DNA of 64,000 nucleotides from Sphingobacteriales bacterium (GCA_016235125.1 JACRLZ010000005.1:13707-77706), one strand, 5' to 3'; positions 47,946 to 58,305 are shown, counted from the stretch's first letter. Notes: generated by a model from the sequence alone, not told the origin. Numbers and translations: made by a program.

Positions 47946-48043
47946 AACACAGAGTTACAGAGTTCAGGAGCAGCACAGAGTAAAACAACTTGTACTTTCA
48001 ACCATTCTCTGTGTAACTCAATTTCTCAGTGCCTCTGTGTTAA
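47946..48043. repeat. 8-nt-period inverted-arm hairpin element (copy D)
   Basis: ACAGAG at 47949/47957/47975; CTCTGTG/CTCAGTG at 48007/48025/48033. Confidence 0.8.
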
Positions 48044-48122
48044 AAATTATACTGAATTAGCATTTGTTTAAAGAATAAACATTAACTGACATCGGCAACT
48101 ACTTCTTACTTTTATAGCTGCT

Positions 48123-49724
48123 ATGGATTGTACATCTACCCGCTTGCCTTATCGACAGACCAATGCTTTTTCCAAAATTGCATTGGATTATATTGACCAG
48201 GCGGCAGCATTGAAACCATTCTTTACGCATACTCCAACTTTACAGGGTATTCAAGAAGGCATTGAAACAAGAAAACAGTTTGCTACAGACAGGAAAACAT
48301 TGGTACTGGAATTAAAGAAACAATATGATAGGGTGGAGACAAGTGATAAAGTAAAGAAGAATATTGAATCACTATTGTCGTCAGATACATTTACGATTAC
48401 AACAGCTCATCAGAATAATATTTTCACCGGGCCGCTGTATTTCATTTACAAGATTGTTCATGCCATCAAACTGGCGGATCATTTGAAAGCTTTTTTACCC
48501 AAAGAAAATTTTGTTCCGGTGTTTTATATCGGCACAGAAGATGCTGACCTTGAAGAGCTGAACCATATTTACCTTGGCGGAGAGAAATTAGTTTGGGAGA
48601 CAAAACAAACCGGTGCTGTGGGAAGAATGAAAGTTGATAAAGGATTACTGATGCTTATTGACAGGATGGAAGGACAGTTATCCGTGTTGCCGAACGGAAA
48701 TGAACTTGTTGGGTTAGTCAAAAAATATTATAAAGAAGGAACTACGATACAAGATGCGACATTCCATTTTGTTAACAACCTGTTCGCAGAACATGGGTTG
48801 GTTGTATTGCTTCCCGACAGTGCGACATTGAAGCAACAGATGATAAAAATTTTTGAAGATGACCTGCTGCATCAAACAGCTTCAGGAATTGTTGAAAAAA
48901 CAGCAGAAAGATTAGAAGCTGAAGGATATAAGGTACAGGTGAATCCGAGGGAGATCAATTTGTTTTATTTAAAGGATGACCGGAGGGATAGGATTGCAAG
49001 TCTTGGTACTAAGTACTCAGTACTGAGTACTCAGATTGAGTTTACAAAAGAACAATTACTCAGGGAGCTAAAAGAATATCCCGAACGATTCAGCCCAAAT
49101 GTTATACTCCGTGGCTTGTACCAGGAAACAATTTTACCCAACATCGCTTTTATCGGTGGAGGAGGTGAGACAGCTTACTGGTTACAACTGAAAGACCTTT
49201 TTGCATATTATAAAATCCCTTTTCCTGTTTTAGCGCTGCGCAATTCGTTTTTAATAGTGGAGAAGAAATGGCAGGAGAAAATTGCTCATCTTGGTTTTAC
49301 GGTTGAAGATTTCTTTTTGCCTGTACAGGAACTAATGAACCGCCTTGTTGCCAAAGAAAGCAAAAACAAAACAAAACTGAATGGCCCGCTGACTGAATTG
49401 GAACAGTTGTATGATACATTTAAGAAACAGGCAAAAACTGTTGATAAAACTTTGGAGAAGCATGTAGATGCATTGAAACAGCAAACCGTTTATCGTCTGC
49501 AGGAGCTGGAAAAGAAAATGCTGAGAGCGGAGAAAAGAAAATTTACTGACCAGCAACGGCAGATTCATGCCATCAAAGAACATTTATTTCCCGGTGACGG
49601 ATTACAGGAACGGCAGGAGAATCTTTCTTACTATTATGCGAAATGGGGGAGAGAGTTTATTCAACAACTCTATGAACATTCGCTTGGGCTGGAACAGGAG
49701 TTTGTGATATTAGCGGAAAAATAA
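48123..49724 (+). CDS. bshC: Bacillithiol biosynthesis cysteine-adding enzyme BshC
   Basis: TTAHQ..IFTGPLYFIYKI, PVFYIGTEDAD, FSPNVILRGLYQETILPNIAFIGGGGETAYW, LQERQEN. Confidence 0.93.
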   Translation: MDCTSTRLPYRQTNAFSKIALDYIDQAAALKPFFTHTPTLQGIQEGIETRKQFATDRKTLVLELKKQYDRVETSDKVKKNIESLLSSDTFTITTAHQNNIFTGPLYFIYKIVHAIKLADHLKAFLPKENFVPVFYIGTEDADLEELNHIYLGGEKLVWETKQTGAVGRMKVDKGLLMLIDRMEGQLSVLPNGNELVGLVKKYYKEGTTIQDATFHFVNNLFAEHGLVVLLPDSATLKQQMIKIFEDDLLHQTASGIVEKTAERLEAEGYKVQVNPREINLFYLKDDRRDRIASLGTKYSVLSTQIEFTKEQLLRELKEYPERFSPNVILRGLYQETILPNIAFIGGGGETAYWLQLKDLFAYYKIPFPVLALRNSFLIVEKKWQEKIAHLGFTVEDFFLPVQELMNRLVAKESKNKTKLNGPLTELEQLYDTFKKQAKTVDKTLEKHVDALKQQTVYRLQELEKKMLRAEKRKFTDQQRQIHAIKEHLFPGDGLQERQENLSYYYAKWGREFIQQLYEHSLGLEQEFVILAEK

Positions 49725-49730
49725 TTCCTG

Positions 49731-51923
49731 CTATCTTTTTCTCAAATACAAATGAAAAGCAAATCCCTGCTTTTTCAATGTAGAAAGCACATTGGTATAG
49801 GATGTGCCTGCATCATCGTACTGGTCAGATAATCCACGGCTGTATTTTATCTCCGGCGATAAGATTATCCCTGCTTTAGTCAGGCTGATATCTAATCCAA
49901 TGCCAGCCTCGCCAAGAACAACTGATTTTTTCACAGGCACCCTTTCCTGTGCTGCCGCATCCTGTTTGATGATGTAGCTGAATGAAGGACCGAGCATAAT
50001 AAAAGGAGCAATATCCTTCCTGCTCAGGCGGAATACAAAAGGTACTGACACATTCACAGCTGTGTTCTTAAGAGTTATCGTTTCAAACTGGGGGCTTGCA
50101 GTAGGTGTTCGTTCATACACAAGGTCGCCGCCATCAAATGAAACATGCACCGAAGGACGAATATCAACGCTGCCACCAATGCCTGTTTGGTAAATGACAC
50201 CGATATCAAAGGCTGCTGTCTGGTTGGCTGTCACTCCAATGAAGGCTGTGTTACGGGAACCGGCAAATGTGGGTGCAGCTTCATTCAGCCCGCCACCAAT
50301 CGTCACACCAAAGCTGTTTCTGCCGGGGAGTTTGGGTTTCTGCTTTGTGTTATTGCCAGGTTGTTTATTATCCGGTGCATTTCTTACCAGTGATAGTGTT
50401 GTTAAAGCGCAACCCCATTTGGGGGCGGTCTTTGTTGCTTTATCAGCATAGTATAATGCGCTGTCCTTATTCCCGTTTTGCAAATGAAGTAAGGCAAGTT
50501 TGTTCTGAATATAAGCGCCGTTTGGATCGATCTTCAGTGCGGCGTAAGCATTCTGAAATGCAATGGAGATATCACCGTTTTTACCGTCTTTTCCAAGATC
50601 ACCACTGGCTCTTAAGAAATACACCCGGTTCATCAATGCTTTGGCATAGTCGGGATCGTCTTCACTTACCAGTTCAATTGCTTTCTGCAGTTTTAGAGCA
50701 GCCTCATAGTTTTCCTGCTTTTCTCTGGCAGAGCCGTCATCGCCGCAGGCAAGATAGCGGTCAACTTTTTTTTGTGCATCATTGATATATTCTACTGCCA
50801 GGGTTGATTTTGCATCAAGGGTGTAGGGATTGCCATGATATTTTCTCTCCATCTGCTGGTAATAATATTCTGCTGAATTATTACCGCTGATATTTTTATT
50901 GCTTACAGCCCTGTTGAAAAGGTTGTAAGTTTCTATCAATGTAGTATCGGCAATAAAATGATGGAATGTTCTTTCAGGATTGCCGGTGAAAGAATTGCCC
51001 GGACCTTTCTGTGCTTTCTTTTGTTTCAGCCATTTTTTCAGATAAGCGGTGTCGACTGAACTGATGACCTTGGAACTTTTTTCATCGCAACAGAAATAAG
51101 GGTCCTGTTTGCGGTTGAATCTTTGTTCTGCAATGGCAGGAACATTGTTATCAACATAGTTTCTTATTTCTTCGTAGGTAACTTTATAATCCAGGGAGCT
51201 GATGGAGTCAGCGGAACCGGTAAGCCCGTCGATAAGATACCAGGTAAACAATCCATGGCCATTGCCAATGGAAGCATCCTCCAGCGATTCTTCACCGGCA
51301 GCCGTGGCCAGCATGATGATCTCACCAGCTTTTTTTTCTGAGATGGCGGTGTTCAGAAAATTTTGCCCTTCAGTTCCTCCCGGTAATTCATTGGTGCGGC
51401 AGGCATCCATTACAAAGATCACATCAACTCCTTTGCCGGCTTCCACCGCAATTTTCTTTTTCAGGTTGTACAGTTGAATGGTCCCGGCAACGAGATAATT
51501 ATTTTTATCGCCCTGCGGATTGCAATCATAACCCAGGAAGAAAAACTGGTCTTCATCAATTGCATCACCATGACCGGCGAGATAGATAAACAACTTGTCA
51601 GCTTTTTGAAGATTCTTCGCTTTCAGCCATTGAAAACCTTTGCTCCAGAAATTGGAGCTGATGGCTTTGTCATTCAATAAGCAAAAGATATTATTGTCTT
51701 TCACACTGCCGCCGCCGGGGGATTTTAAATAATCACGGAAAAGTTCGGCGTCTTTATCCGCATAGTTCAATGGTCGTACATATTTATATTTGGAAATACC
51801 CATTATCATCGCAAAGGTTTGCGGGCCTTTGATGCTGGTATCTCTGAAACTGAGGGGTGTTTGACTGTTAGCAGTAATGAATGCACAGACAAGTATAACC
51901 AGGATTAAAGTGCTTTTTTTCAT
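49731..51923 (-). CDS. Exported caspase-family (C14) peptidase with TPR region and C-terminal outer-membrane beta-barrel
   Basis: Signal peptide; GISKY, catalytic YLAGHG and DACRT, GHGLFTWYLIDGL; TPR-like AYAALKIDPNGAY; alternating beta-strands ending FAFHLYLRKR. Confidence 0.85.
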   Translation of the reverse strand: MKKSTLILVILVCAFITANSQTPLSFRDTSIKGPQTFAMIMGISKYKYVRPLNYADKDAELFRDYLKSPGGGSVKDNNIFCLLNDKAISSNFWSKGFQWLKAKNLQKADKLFIYLAGHGDAIDEDQFFFLGYDCNPQGDKNNYLVAGTIQLYNLKKKIAVEAGKGVDVIFVMDACRTNELPGGTEGQNFLNTAISEKKAGEIIMLATAAGEESLEDASIGNGHGLFTWYLIDGLTGSADSISSLDYKVTYEEIRNYVDNNVPAIAEQRFNRKQDPYFCCDEKSSKVISSVDTAYLKKWLKQKKAQKGPGNSFTGNPERTFHHFIADTTLIETYNLFNRAVSNKNISGNNSAEYYYQQMERKYHGNPYTLDAKSTLAVEYINDAQKKVDRYLACGDDGSAREKQENYEAALKLQKAIELVSEDDPDYAKALMNRVYFLRASGDLGKDGKNGDISIAFQNAYAALKIDPNGAYIQNKLALLHLQNGNKDSALYYADKATKTAPKWGCALTTLSLVRNAPDNKQPGNNTKQKPKLPGRNSFGVTIGGGLNEAAPTFAGSRNTAFIGVTANQTAAFDIGVIYQTGIGGSVDIRPSVHVSFDGGDLVYERTPTASPQFETITLKNTAVNVSVPFVFRLSRKDIAPFIMLGPSFSYIIKQDAAAQERVPVKKSVVLGEAGIGLDISLTKAGIILSPEIKYSRGLSDQYDDAGTSYTNVLSTLKKQGFAFHLYLRKR

Positions 51924-51952
51924 ATTATCAGGATATAGATTGAATGATTGTA

Positions 51953-52465
51953 TTAATCAAACTTATTCTCCCAGCCTTCTTTCTTCATCTTCTCCACTTT
52001 TTCAATCACTTCAGTATTCAACGACTTTTTGTAATCAGCTATTTTTTTCGAAACAGCTTCATCCGATGTGCCGAGTATCTCTGCAGCCAGTATGCCTGCA
52101 TTTTTTGAGGCGTTTAAAGCCACAGTGCCAACAGGCACACCATTAGGCATTTGCAGAATGGATAGAACAGAATCCCATCCATCAATCGAATTGGAAGATT
52201 TGATAGGAACACCAATAACGGGTAATGTGGTAACGGAAGCTACCATTCCCGGTAAATGAGCAGCGCCGCCTGCGCCGGCAATGATCACTTTCAATCCTCT
52301 TTGTTTTGCTGTTTGTGCATATTCTATCATGCGGTGTGGTGTTCGGTGTGCAGATACCACGGTTACTTCATGCGGGATATCAAATTGTTTCAGTATATCT
52401 GAAGCAGCCTGCATAACAGGAAGGTCGCTGTCGCTGCCCATAATGATTCCGACGAGTGGTTTCAT
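51953..52465 (-). CDS. purE: N5-carboxyaminoimidazole ribonucleotide mutase
   Basis: [35 protein letters not shown]. True start ATG 52465; the ORF-track extension reads through a repeat. Confidence 0.97.
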   Translation of the reverse strand: MKPLVGIIMGSDSDLPVMQAASDILKQFDIPHEVTVVSAHRTPHRMIEYAQTAKQRGLKVIIAGAGGAAHLPGMVASVTTLPVIGVPIKSSNSIDGWDSVLSILQMPNGVPVGTVALNASKNAGILAAEILGTSDEAVSKKIADYKKSLNTEVIEKVEKMKKEGWENKFD

Positions 52466-52556
52466 ATTGCAAAGAAACGGTAAATATTTGTCTCTCGCAA
52501 TGACACAACAAACGCAAAGCTTAGAGTATCGGATTGTTTCAGATTCCCGGAGTTTT

Positions 52557-52640
52557 GTCACTCCGACGAAGGAGGAGTCACAAAGACTAAAAAAGTAAGA
52601 AAGATCAGTTTCTTGAGATGCCTCGTTCCTCGGCATGACA
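52557..52640. repeat. REP/MITE-like inverted repeat element (TGTCA...TGACA)
   Basis: TGTCACTCCGACGAAGGAGG versus the reverse complement of the right arm, TGTCATGCCGAGGAACGAGG; an extra half-site CTCGCAATGACA at 52494-52505. Confidence 0.72.
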
Positions 52641-52666
52641 AGACTCTGAGTATATGGACCGTGTTT

Positions 52667-53977
52667 TTATTTTACAAGATCGCCTTTTAAACGCAATAAC
52701 TCCGTTTCTGCAAGTTTGGTATTATACCTTGCTGCAATCAGGCGATTGTAGGCATCTTCGAGACTTTTTTGAGCTTCACGAAGCTGAATATAAGTGGTGG
52801 AACCAAGTTTATAAACCTGGAAGATAATATCAACATTTTCTTTTGCAAGTAAAATATTCTCTTCTTCCAGCGCCAATGCCTTTTTCTGTTCCTCGTAATC
52901 TCTAAAAGCATTGAGGACAGAAAGATTAATCAACGATCTTTGATTATCGTATACCAGCTTTTGGTATTGAATATCCAGACTTGCCTGCTGAATCTGCCTT
53001 TTGTTGTTCAGGTTATTCAGGATCGGGATGGTGGCAGTAAGTCCGTAGTTGAACCCCTTGGTCCGGTTAAAAAGAGTAGAAAAATTATTGAGCACCGTCT
53101 GATTCCTGTTCCGGTTAAAGTTATAAGCAGAATTAAACGCAACAGTAGGGAATCGTTCGGCTTTTCTTTCCTTTAATGTCAGCCCGGCAATGTCAATATT
53201 TTTTTTAGCGATCAGTAATGAGGGATTGTTCGTTTCCACGGAACTCTGAATATCACCAAGGGCAAGGTTCTCATTTATTGGAATCGAATCGCTGACCTCA
53301 TACACAGTGCTTAACTGGACGTTCATAATCTGGTTCAGCTCTTCTTTCAACTGTGCGATTAATGTTTGCTGCTTTAATTGCGCCGCTTTCTGTGCATTCA
53401 GGTCTACTTTACCTTGCAACACATCAGGTTTGGTGCCCATGCCAATATCCAGTTTGTACTGAGCCAGTTTCACTCTTTCCTGGCTCAGGCTCATTTGCTC
53501 TTCAATTGCTTTCAGTTGTTGTTTTTGCCTGACAATATTATAATAGGTAGTAATGACAGAAGCTACTGTATTCACCAATTGATTTTTGATCCCGAGTTCA
53601 CCCAGTTTCACATATTCCTCCACTTTGTCACGGGTGGCAAACATTTTTAAGCCATCAAATAATGTCCAGTTAAGAGCAAGTTGTGCAGTAATATTATTTG
53701 ACCGCAATCCTTTGCTTTGCCGCTTGGTTCCATCTGAGAGTATTTGTTTTTGATCATTGTTGTTCCAGACTGTTCCGATATTGCCATTTAACCGGGGAAT
53801 GAATGCGGCATTTTTATAGGAATTATCAATGGCAGCCGAAGTGGAATCATTTTTTGCCAGCAGGATATTATAATTATTCTGCAATGCCGTGGCAATGGCT
53901 TCTTCAAGCGTCAGCATTTTATTCTGGCCGTTTGCCAGAACAGGAAATAATATGATGAGTAAATTAAACCGTTTCAT
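52667..53977 (-). CDS. TolC-family outer-membrane efflux protein
   Basis: Signal peptide from ATG 53977; LTLEEAIATALQNN, LNWTLFDG, LREAQKSL. Confidence 0.92.
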   Translation of the reverse strand: MKRFNLLIILFPVLANGQNKMLTLEEAIATALQNNYNILLAKNDSTSAAIDNSYKNAAFIPRLNGNIGTVWNNNDQKQILSDGTKRQSKGLRSNNITAQLALNWTLFDGLKMFATRDKVEEYVKLGELGIKNQLVNTVASVITTYYNIVRQKQQLKAIEEQMSLSQERVKLAQYKLDIGMGTKPDVLQGKVDLNAQKAAQLKQQTLIAQLKEELNQIMNVQLSTVYEVSDSIPINENLALGDIQSSVETNNPSLLIAKKNIDIAGLTLKERKAERFPTVAFNSAYNFNRNRNQTVLNNFSTLFNRTKGFNYGLTATIPILNNLNNKRQIQQASLDIQYQKLVYDNQRSLINLSVLNAFRDYEEQKKALALEEENILLAKENVDIIFQVYKLGSTTYIQLREAQKSLEDAYNRLIAARYNTKLAETELLRLKGDLVK

Positions 53978-56900
53978 CAGTTTGAACTTTCTTTTTAGAC
54001 GACATAAAAGAATACATGGCTGGTACAACATACAATGTCAACACAAGGGCAAACAACATTCCGCCGATAATAACTATTCCGAGTGGTATCCGGCTTTTTC
54101 CAGCTGAACCAATAGCTAAAGCAATGGGCAAGGCACCCAATGTGGTTGCCAGTGTTGTCATAAGGATCGGCCTGAGCCTTGCAACGGCTGCATCAATGGC
54201 TGCCGGGATCTTCATTTCACCTCTTCTTCTTTTCTGGTTGGCAAATTCAACAATCAAAATTCCATTTTTTGTAACAAGACCAATCAGCATAATGATACCT
54301 ATCTGCGAAAATATATTCAGTGTTTGTCCGAACAAATTGAGTGTAATAACTGCACCGGCCAATGCAAGCGGAACTGTAATCATAATGATCAATGGATCAA
54401 TGAAACTTTCAAACTGTGCAGCAAGAACAAGAAATATCAATACCAATGCAAGCAAGAATGCAAAAGATGTATTGGAAGCGCTTTCAGCATAATCTCTTGA
54501 AGCGCCGCTGAGCGAAGTGGAGAATGACTCATCAAGCAGGCCGGATGCAATGCGTTTCATTTCTGCTATGCCATCGCCAATGGTTTTGCCCGGAACAAGA
54601 CCTGCTGAAACAGTTGCGCTTTTAAACCGGTTGAAATGGTAAATAGTGGATGGATTGGCGGATTCTTCCATGTTCACCACATTGTCCAGTTGTATCAGTT
54701 CACCTCTGTTGTTTCTTACATAAAATGATTTCAGATCAAGCGGATCGTCCCTATCACTTCTTTCTACTTGCCCAATCACAGGATATTGTTTTCCATTCAT
54801 TATAAAATAGCCAAATCGCCTGCCGCTTAAAGCAAGTTGTAAAGTGTTGCTGATATCCAGTACAGATACGCCGAGCTCATTTGCCTTTAATCGGTTGATG
54901 GTGATTTGCAATTCCGGCTGATTAAACTTCAGGTTTACATCTGCATTAATGAAGATGGGATTCTCCCTTACTTTTTCTATAAACTGTGTCACTTTTTCTT
55001 TCAGCTTGTCAAAATTTAAATTCTGCAATACAAACTGGACAGGTTGTGCCCCTCGGCCACCAAGACCAACAGATATGGTTTGTTCCTGGGTGGCAAAAGC
55101 CCGTACATTGCTGAACTTTCTGAACATTCTTGTCATTTGCTGGGCAATCTGATCCTGTGACCTCTTTCTTTCACCGGCATCCACCAATCCCATGCTGATA
55201 AAAGATGCATTGCTGCCACCGCCGCCAAAGCCTGGTGCAAATGCAAGCACTACATATTTTTCAGGTATGGAATCCAATAATTGTTGCGCTATTTCATAAT
55301 TCACCCGGTCGGTATAATCAAAGTCAGAGCCTTCGGGACCGGTAATGTTTGTACGAACACGGTTCCTGTCTTCCATCGGCGCCAGTTCGGAAGGAAGGTT
55401 TTTACCGATAAAATAAATGGCGGCAAGGCAGGCAGTAATAATAATACTTGTTGCCGGCTTTCGCATCCTCATAAATGCTTCCAATGAACTGCGGTATAAT
55501 TTTTCAAGTCCGGCAAAGAAGGGTTCGGTGACACGGTAAAACCATGAATGGTTATGAATATTCTTTTTGGTAAGAAAAATATTGAGTACCGGCGTCAGTG
55601 ACAGTGAAACAAATGCGGAGATTAAAACAGCCCCGGCAAGCACAATTCCAAATTCCCGGAAAAGACGACCGACAAACCCTTGTAAGAAAATGATGGGAAG
55701 AAATACAATCGCCAATGTTAAAGATGTGGCGATAACGGCAAAGTAAATTTCTTTGGAACCTTCAAGGGCGGCTTTGTGTTTATTCATGCCCTGTTCCATT
55801 TTCTTGAAAATATTTTCCGTTACCACAATCCCATCGTCCACTACAAGACCGGTGGCGAGAACAATAGCCAATAAAGTGAGTACATTAATGGAGAAACCCA
55901 TTATGTACATAATGAAAAAAGCGCCGATGAGTGATACCGGAATATCAATCAGCGGCCGGAGGGCGATGGACCATTCACGGAAGAAAAGAAAGATTATCAG
56001 AACAACCAGCCCGATGGCAATAGCAAGAGTTTCTTTTACTTCTTTAATCGCTTTTCTTACAAATTGTGTTCTGTCGTATCCCACTTCAAGGATAATGTCC
56101 TTAGGCATATCCTTTTTTATCTGCCCGATTCTTCTATAAACTTCATCAACAATTTCAATCTGATTCGATCCGGGCTGGGCTATCACACCGAGGTTAACAG
56201 ACGGGATATTATTTTTTCTTGAAGCGCTTTCTTCATTGTCCGGGCCAAGGGTTGCTTCACCCACATCTTTGAAACGGATGATGCCTTCGCCGCTTTCACG
56301 GATAATAAGGTTGTTGAAATCATCTTCTGTGGTCAGTTTGCCATAGGTTTTTACAATCAGTTGCGTGGTATTGCCCCTTATTTTTCCACCGGGCAATTCA
56401 ATATTTTCCCTGTCAAGCGCCTGCCGGATATCGTTGATGGTAAGTTTGTATGCGCCGAGTCTGGCAGGATTGATCCATAAACGCATTGAGTAGCGTTTGC
56501 CGAATACGTTCACAGAACTTACACCAGAAATAGTTTGTATTCTTTCCTGCACCACGTTTTCAGCAAAGTCGGTGAGTTCGAGTAATCCTTTTTTCTGGCT
56601 CTGGATCTGCATGAATATGATAGGGTCAGAATCAGAATCGGCTTTGGTAACGATAGGCGCAGCATCAATGTCCTGTGGCAGGTTGCCGATAGCCTGGGAA
56701 ACTTTATCCCGAACATCATTGGCTGCTTTTTCCAGATCTACATTCAGTTCAAACTCCACGGTAATGCCGCTGGAACCCTGTGCGCTGTTGGATGTAATAT
56801 TTTTTACACCCTGCACACCATTGATGGCTTTTTCGAGTGGCTCTGTTATCTGCTGCTCCACAATTTCTGCACTGGCGCCTACATACGATGTGCGGACATT

Positions 56901-57035
56901 GATAACAGCAGGATCGATGGCCGGGTATTCCCTTACACCCAAAAATTTATAACCGATGGCGCCGAAAATAATGATCACAATGGAGCAAACCATCGCAAAC
57001 ACCGGACGCTTTAGACTGAGTTCTGATAGATTCAT
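53964..57035 (-). CDS. RND efflux permease (AcrB/AcrD/AcrF family)
   Basis: SLKRPVFA, TEPLEKAING, TGLVVDDGIVVTENI, GLVTKNGILIVEFAN, RLRPILMTT. Confidence 0.96.
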   Translation of the reverse strand: MNLSELSLKRPVFAMVCSIVIIIFGAIGYKFLGVREYPAIDPAVINVRTSYVGASAEIVEQQITEPLEKAINGVQGVKNITSNSAQGSSGITVEFELNVDLEKAANDVRDKVSQAIGNLPQDIDAAPIVTKADSDSDPIIFMQIQSQKKGLLELTDFAENVVQERIQTISGVSSVNVFGKRYSMRLWINPARLGAYKLTINDIRQALDRENIELPGGKIRGNTTQLIVKTYGKLTTEDDFNNLIIRESGEGIIRFKDVGEATLGPDNEESASRKNNIPSVNLGVIAQPGSNQIEIVDEVYRRIGQIKKDMPKDIILEVGYDRTQFVRKAIKEVKETLAIAIGLVVLIIFLFFREWSIALRPLIDIPVSLIGAFFIMYIMGFSINVLTLLAIVLATGLVVDDGIVVTENIFKKMEQGMNKHKAALEGSKEIYFAVIATSLTLAIVFLPIIFLQGFVGRLFREFGIVLAGAVLISAFVSLSLTPVLNIFLTKKNIHNHSWFYRVTEPFFAGLEKLYRSSLEAFMRMRKPATSIIITACLAAIYFIGKNLPSELAPMEDRNRVRTNITGPEGSDFDYTDRVNYEIAQQLLDSIPEKYVVLAFAPGFGGGGSNASFISMGLVDAGERKRSQDQIAQQMTRMFRKFSNVRAFATQEQTISVGLGGRGAQPVQFVLQNLNFDKLKEKVTQFIEKVRENPIFINADVNLKFNQPELQITINRLKANELGVSVLDISNTLQLALSGRRFGYFIMNGKQYPVIGQVERSDRDDPLDLKSFYVRNNRGELIQLDNVVNMEESANPSTIYHFNRFKSATVSAGLVPGKTIGDGIAEMKRIASGLLDESFSTSLSGASRDYAESASNTSFAFLLALVLIFLVLAAQFESFIDPLIIMITVPLALAGAVITLNLFGQTLNIFSQIGIIMLIGLVTKNGILIVEFANQKRRRGEMKIPAAIDAAVARLRPILMTTLATTLGALPIALAIGSAGKSRIPLGIVIIGGMLFALVLTLYVVPAMYSFMSSKKKVQTDETV

Positions 57036-57067
57036 ATACCCCCGATCCGCTGATTAGCGGAGAGCAA

Positions 57068-58198
57068 TTAATTTTTAAGTATAACTTTTATATCTGCATT
57101 TGGTTTTACAAAAAGTAATCCCGAAGTAATAACAGTATCACCTTTATTCAACCCCGATAGTACCTGAATATTTGTTGAATCCCTTACCCCGGTGGTTACT
57201 TCGGTGGATATGGCTTTATTATTCTTTGCAAGGAAGATCAGTTTTTTTCTTCCCTGTGGTACAATGCTGCTGTTAGGTATCATCAATGCTTCTTCATTTT
57301 TGCCTAAAATAATTTTCACTCTTGCAAAAGCCCCGGGCAAAAGAGCAGGGTCATTATTTTTTATCAACGCTCTTACTGCAAGGCTTCTTGTGTTTTCCTC
57401 TATTGCATCTTCAGTCGCCATAATGGATGCATTAAATGTTTTTTGGCTGCCGTCAACTGTAAAATCAACCGCCTGGCCTTTTTTAACCAATGACCCATAC
57501 TTTTCGGGAACATTGAATTGTAGTTTCAGTTGATTTACCTGGCTTATGGTAGTGATGATGGTAGAAGGAGTGACAAATGATCCGGGGCTGATATTTTTTA
57601 AACCAAGTTTTCCACTATAAGGGGTATAAATATTCAACTTACTCATATTGGCTCTTATGGCTTCCATTTCGGCTTTTAATATTCCTATGTCTGCCGTGAT
57701 ATTATTAACCTGGAGTACACTCATGTCATAATCCTGCTGGCTGATGCCCTGTATCTTCAAAAGCTTTGATGATCTTTCTTCATTTTGCTCGGCTATTTTA
57801 AGCTGCACTTCTGATTTTTTGATCTGCTCCTGTAGTTTTTTTAGTTGGGCCTGCATATCTCCGTCATATAACCTGGCGAGCAGGGTTCCTTTACCGACTA
57901 CTGCGCCTTCCTTTATATTCAGCAATACGAGCCTGCCCGAAACTTCAGGATGTATTTCGGTGGATTCATTTGCCAGCAATGAACCGGGCACTTCGATATC
58001 AGCACTAAGTTCACGGGTGGTCACAATCATTGCTTCCACCGACAGCGGAGGTTGTTTTTGTGGACCTCCTTTTCCATTTTGTGAAGGGGCAGCATCTTTT
58101 TTATCCCTGCCTCCACATGCGGCTAAAAAAATAAACAGAATCGGGAAAAATACTCCTGTACTACGTCTCATTTGTTTTGTGTGCAGTTGGTAAAACAA
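57068..58198 (-). CDS. RND periplasmic adaptor (membrane fusion) lipoprotein
   Basis: Lipobox FLAAC; PEVSGRLV, IYTPYSGKLG, LLPGAFARV. Start may be the internal Met (MRRSTG). Confidence 0.93.
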   Translation of the reverse strand: MFYQLHTKQMRRSTGVFFPILFIFLAACGGRDKKDAAPSQNGKGGPQKQPPLSVEAMIVTTRELSADIEVPGSLLANESTEIHPEVSGRLVLLNIKEGAVVGKGTLLARLYDGDMQAQLKKLQEQIKKSEVQLKIAEQNEERSSKLLKIQGISQQDYDMSVLQVNNITADIGILKAEMEAIRANMSKLNIYTPYSGKLGLKNISPGSFVTPSTIITTISQVNQLKLQFNVPEKYGSLVKKGQAVDFTVDGSQKTFNASIMATEDAIEENTRSLAVRALIKNNDPALLPGAFARVKIILGKNEEALMIPNSSIVPQGRKKLIFLAKNNKAISTEVTTGVRDSTNIQVLSGLNKGDTVITSGLLFVKPNADIKVILKN

Positions 58199-58305
58199 TC
58201 GGGATAAAGATAATGGATATTAGCTTGCTTTTGGACGTCAAAAGCCCTGCTTTCCTGCCGATAAATATCAGGTAGTTACAGGTGGTATTATCGGGGGATA
58301 AAAGG

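Noticed and set aside
52466-52636. N-terminal extension of PurE (and similar extensions of DinB, HppD and SusC in the ORF track)
   Set aside because: The extensions read through repeats or promoter DNA; the conserved proteins begin at downstream Met codons.
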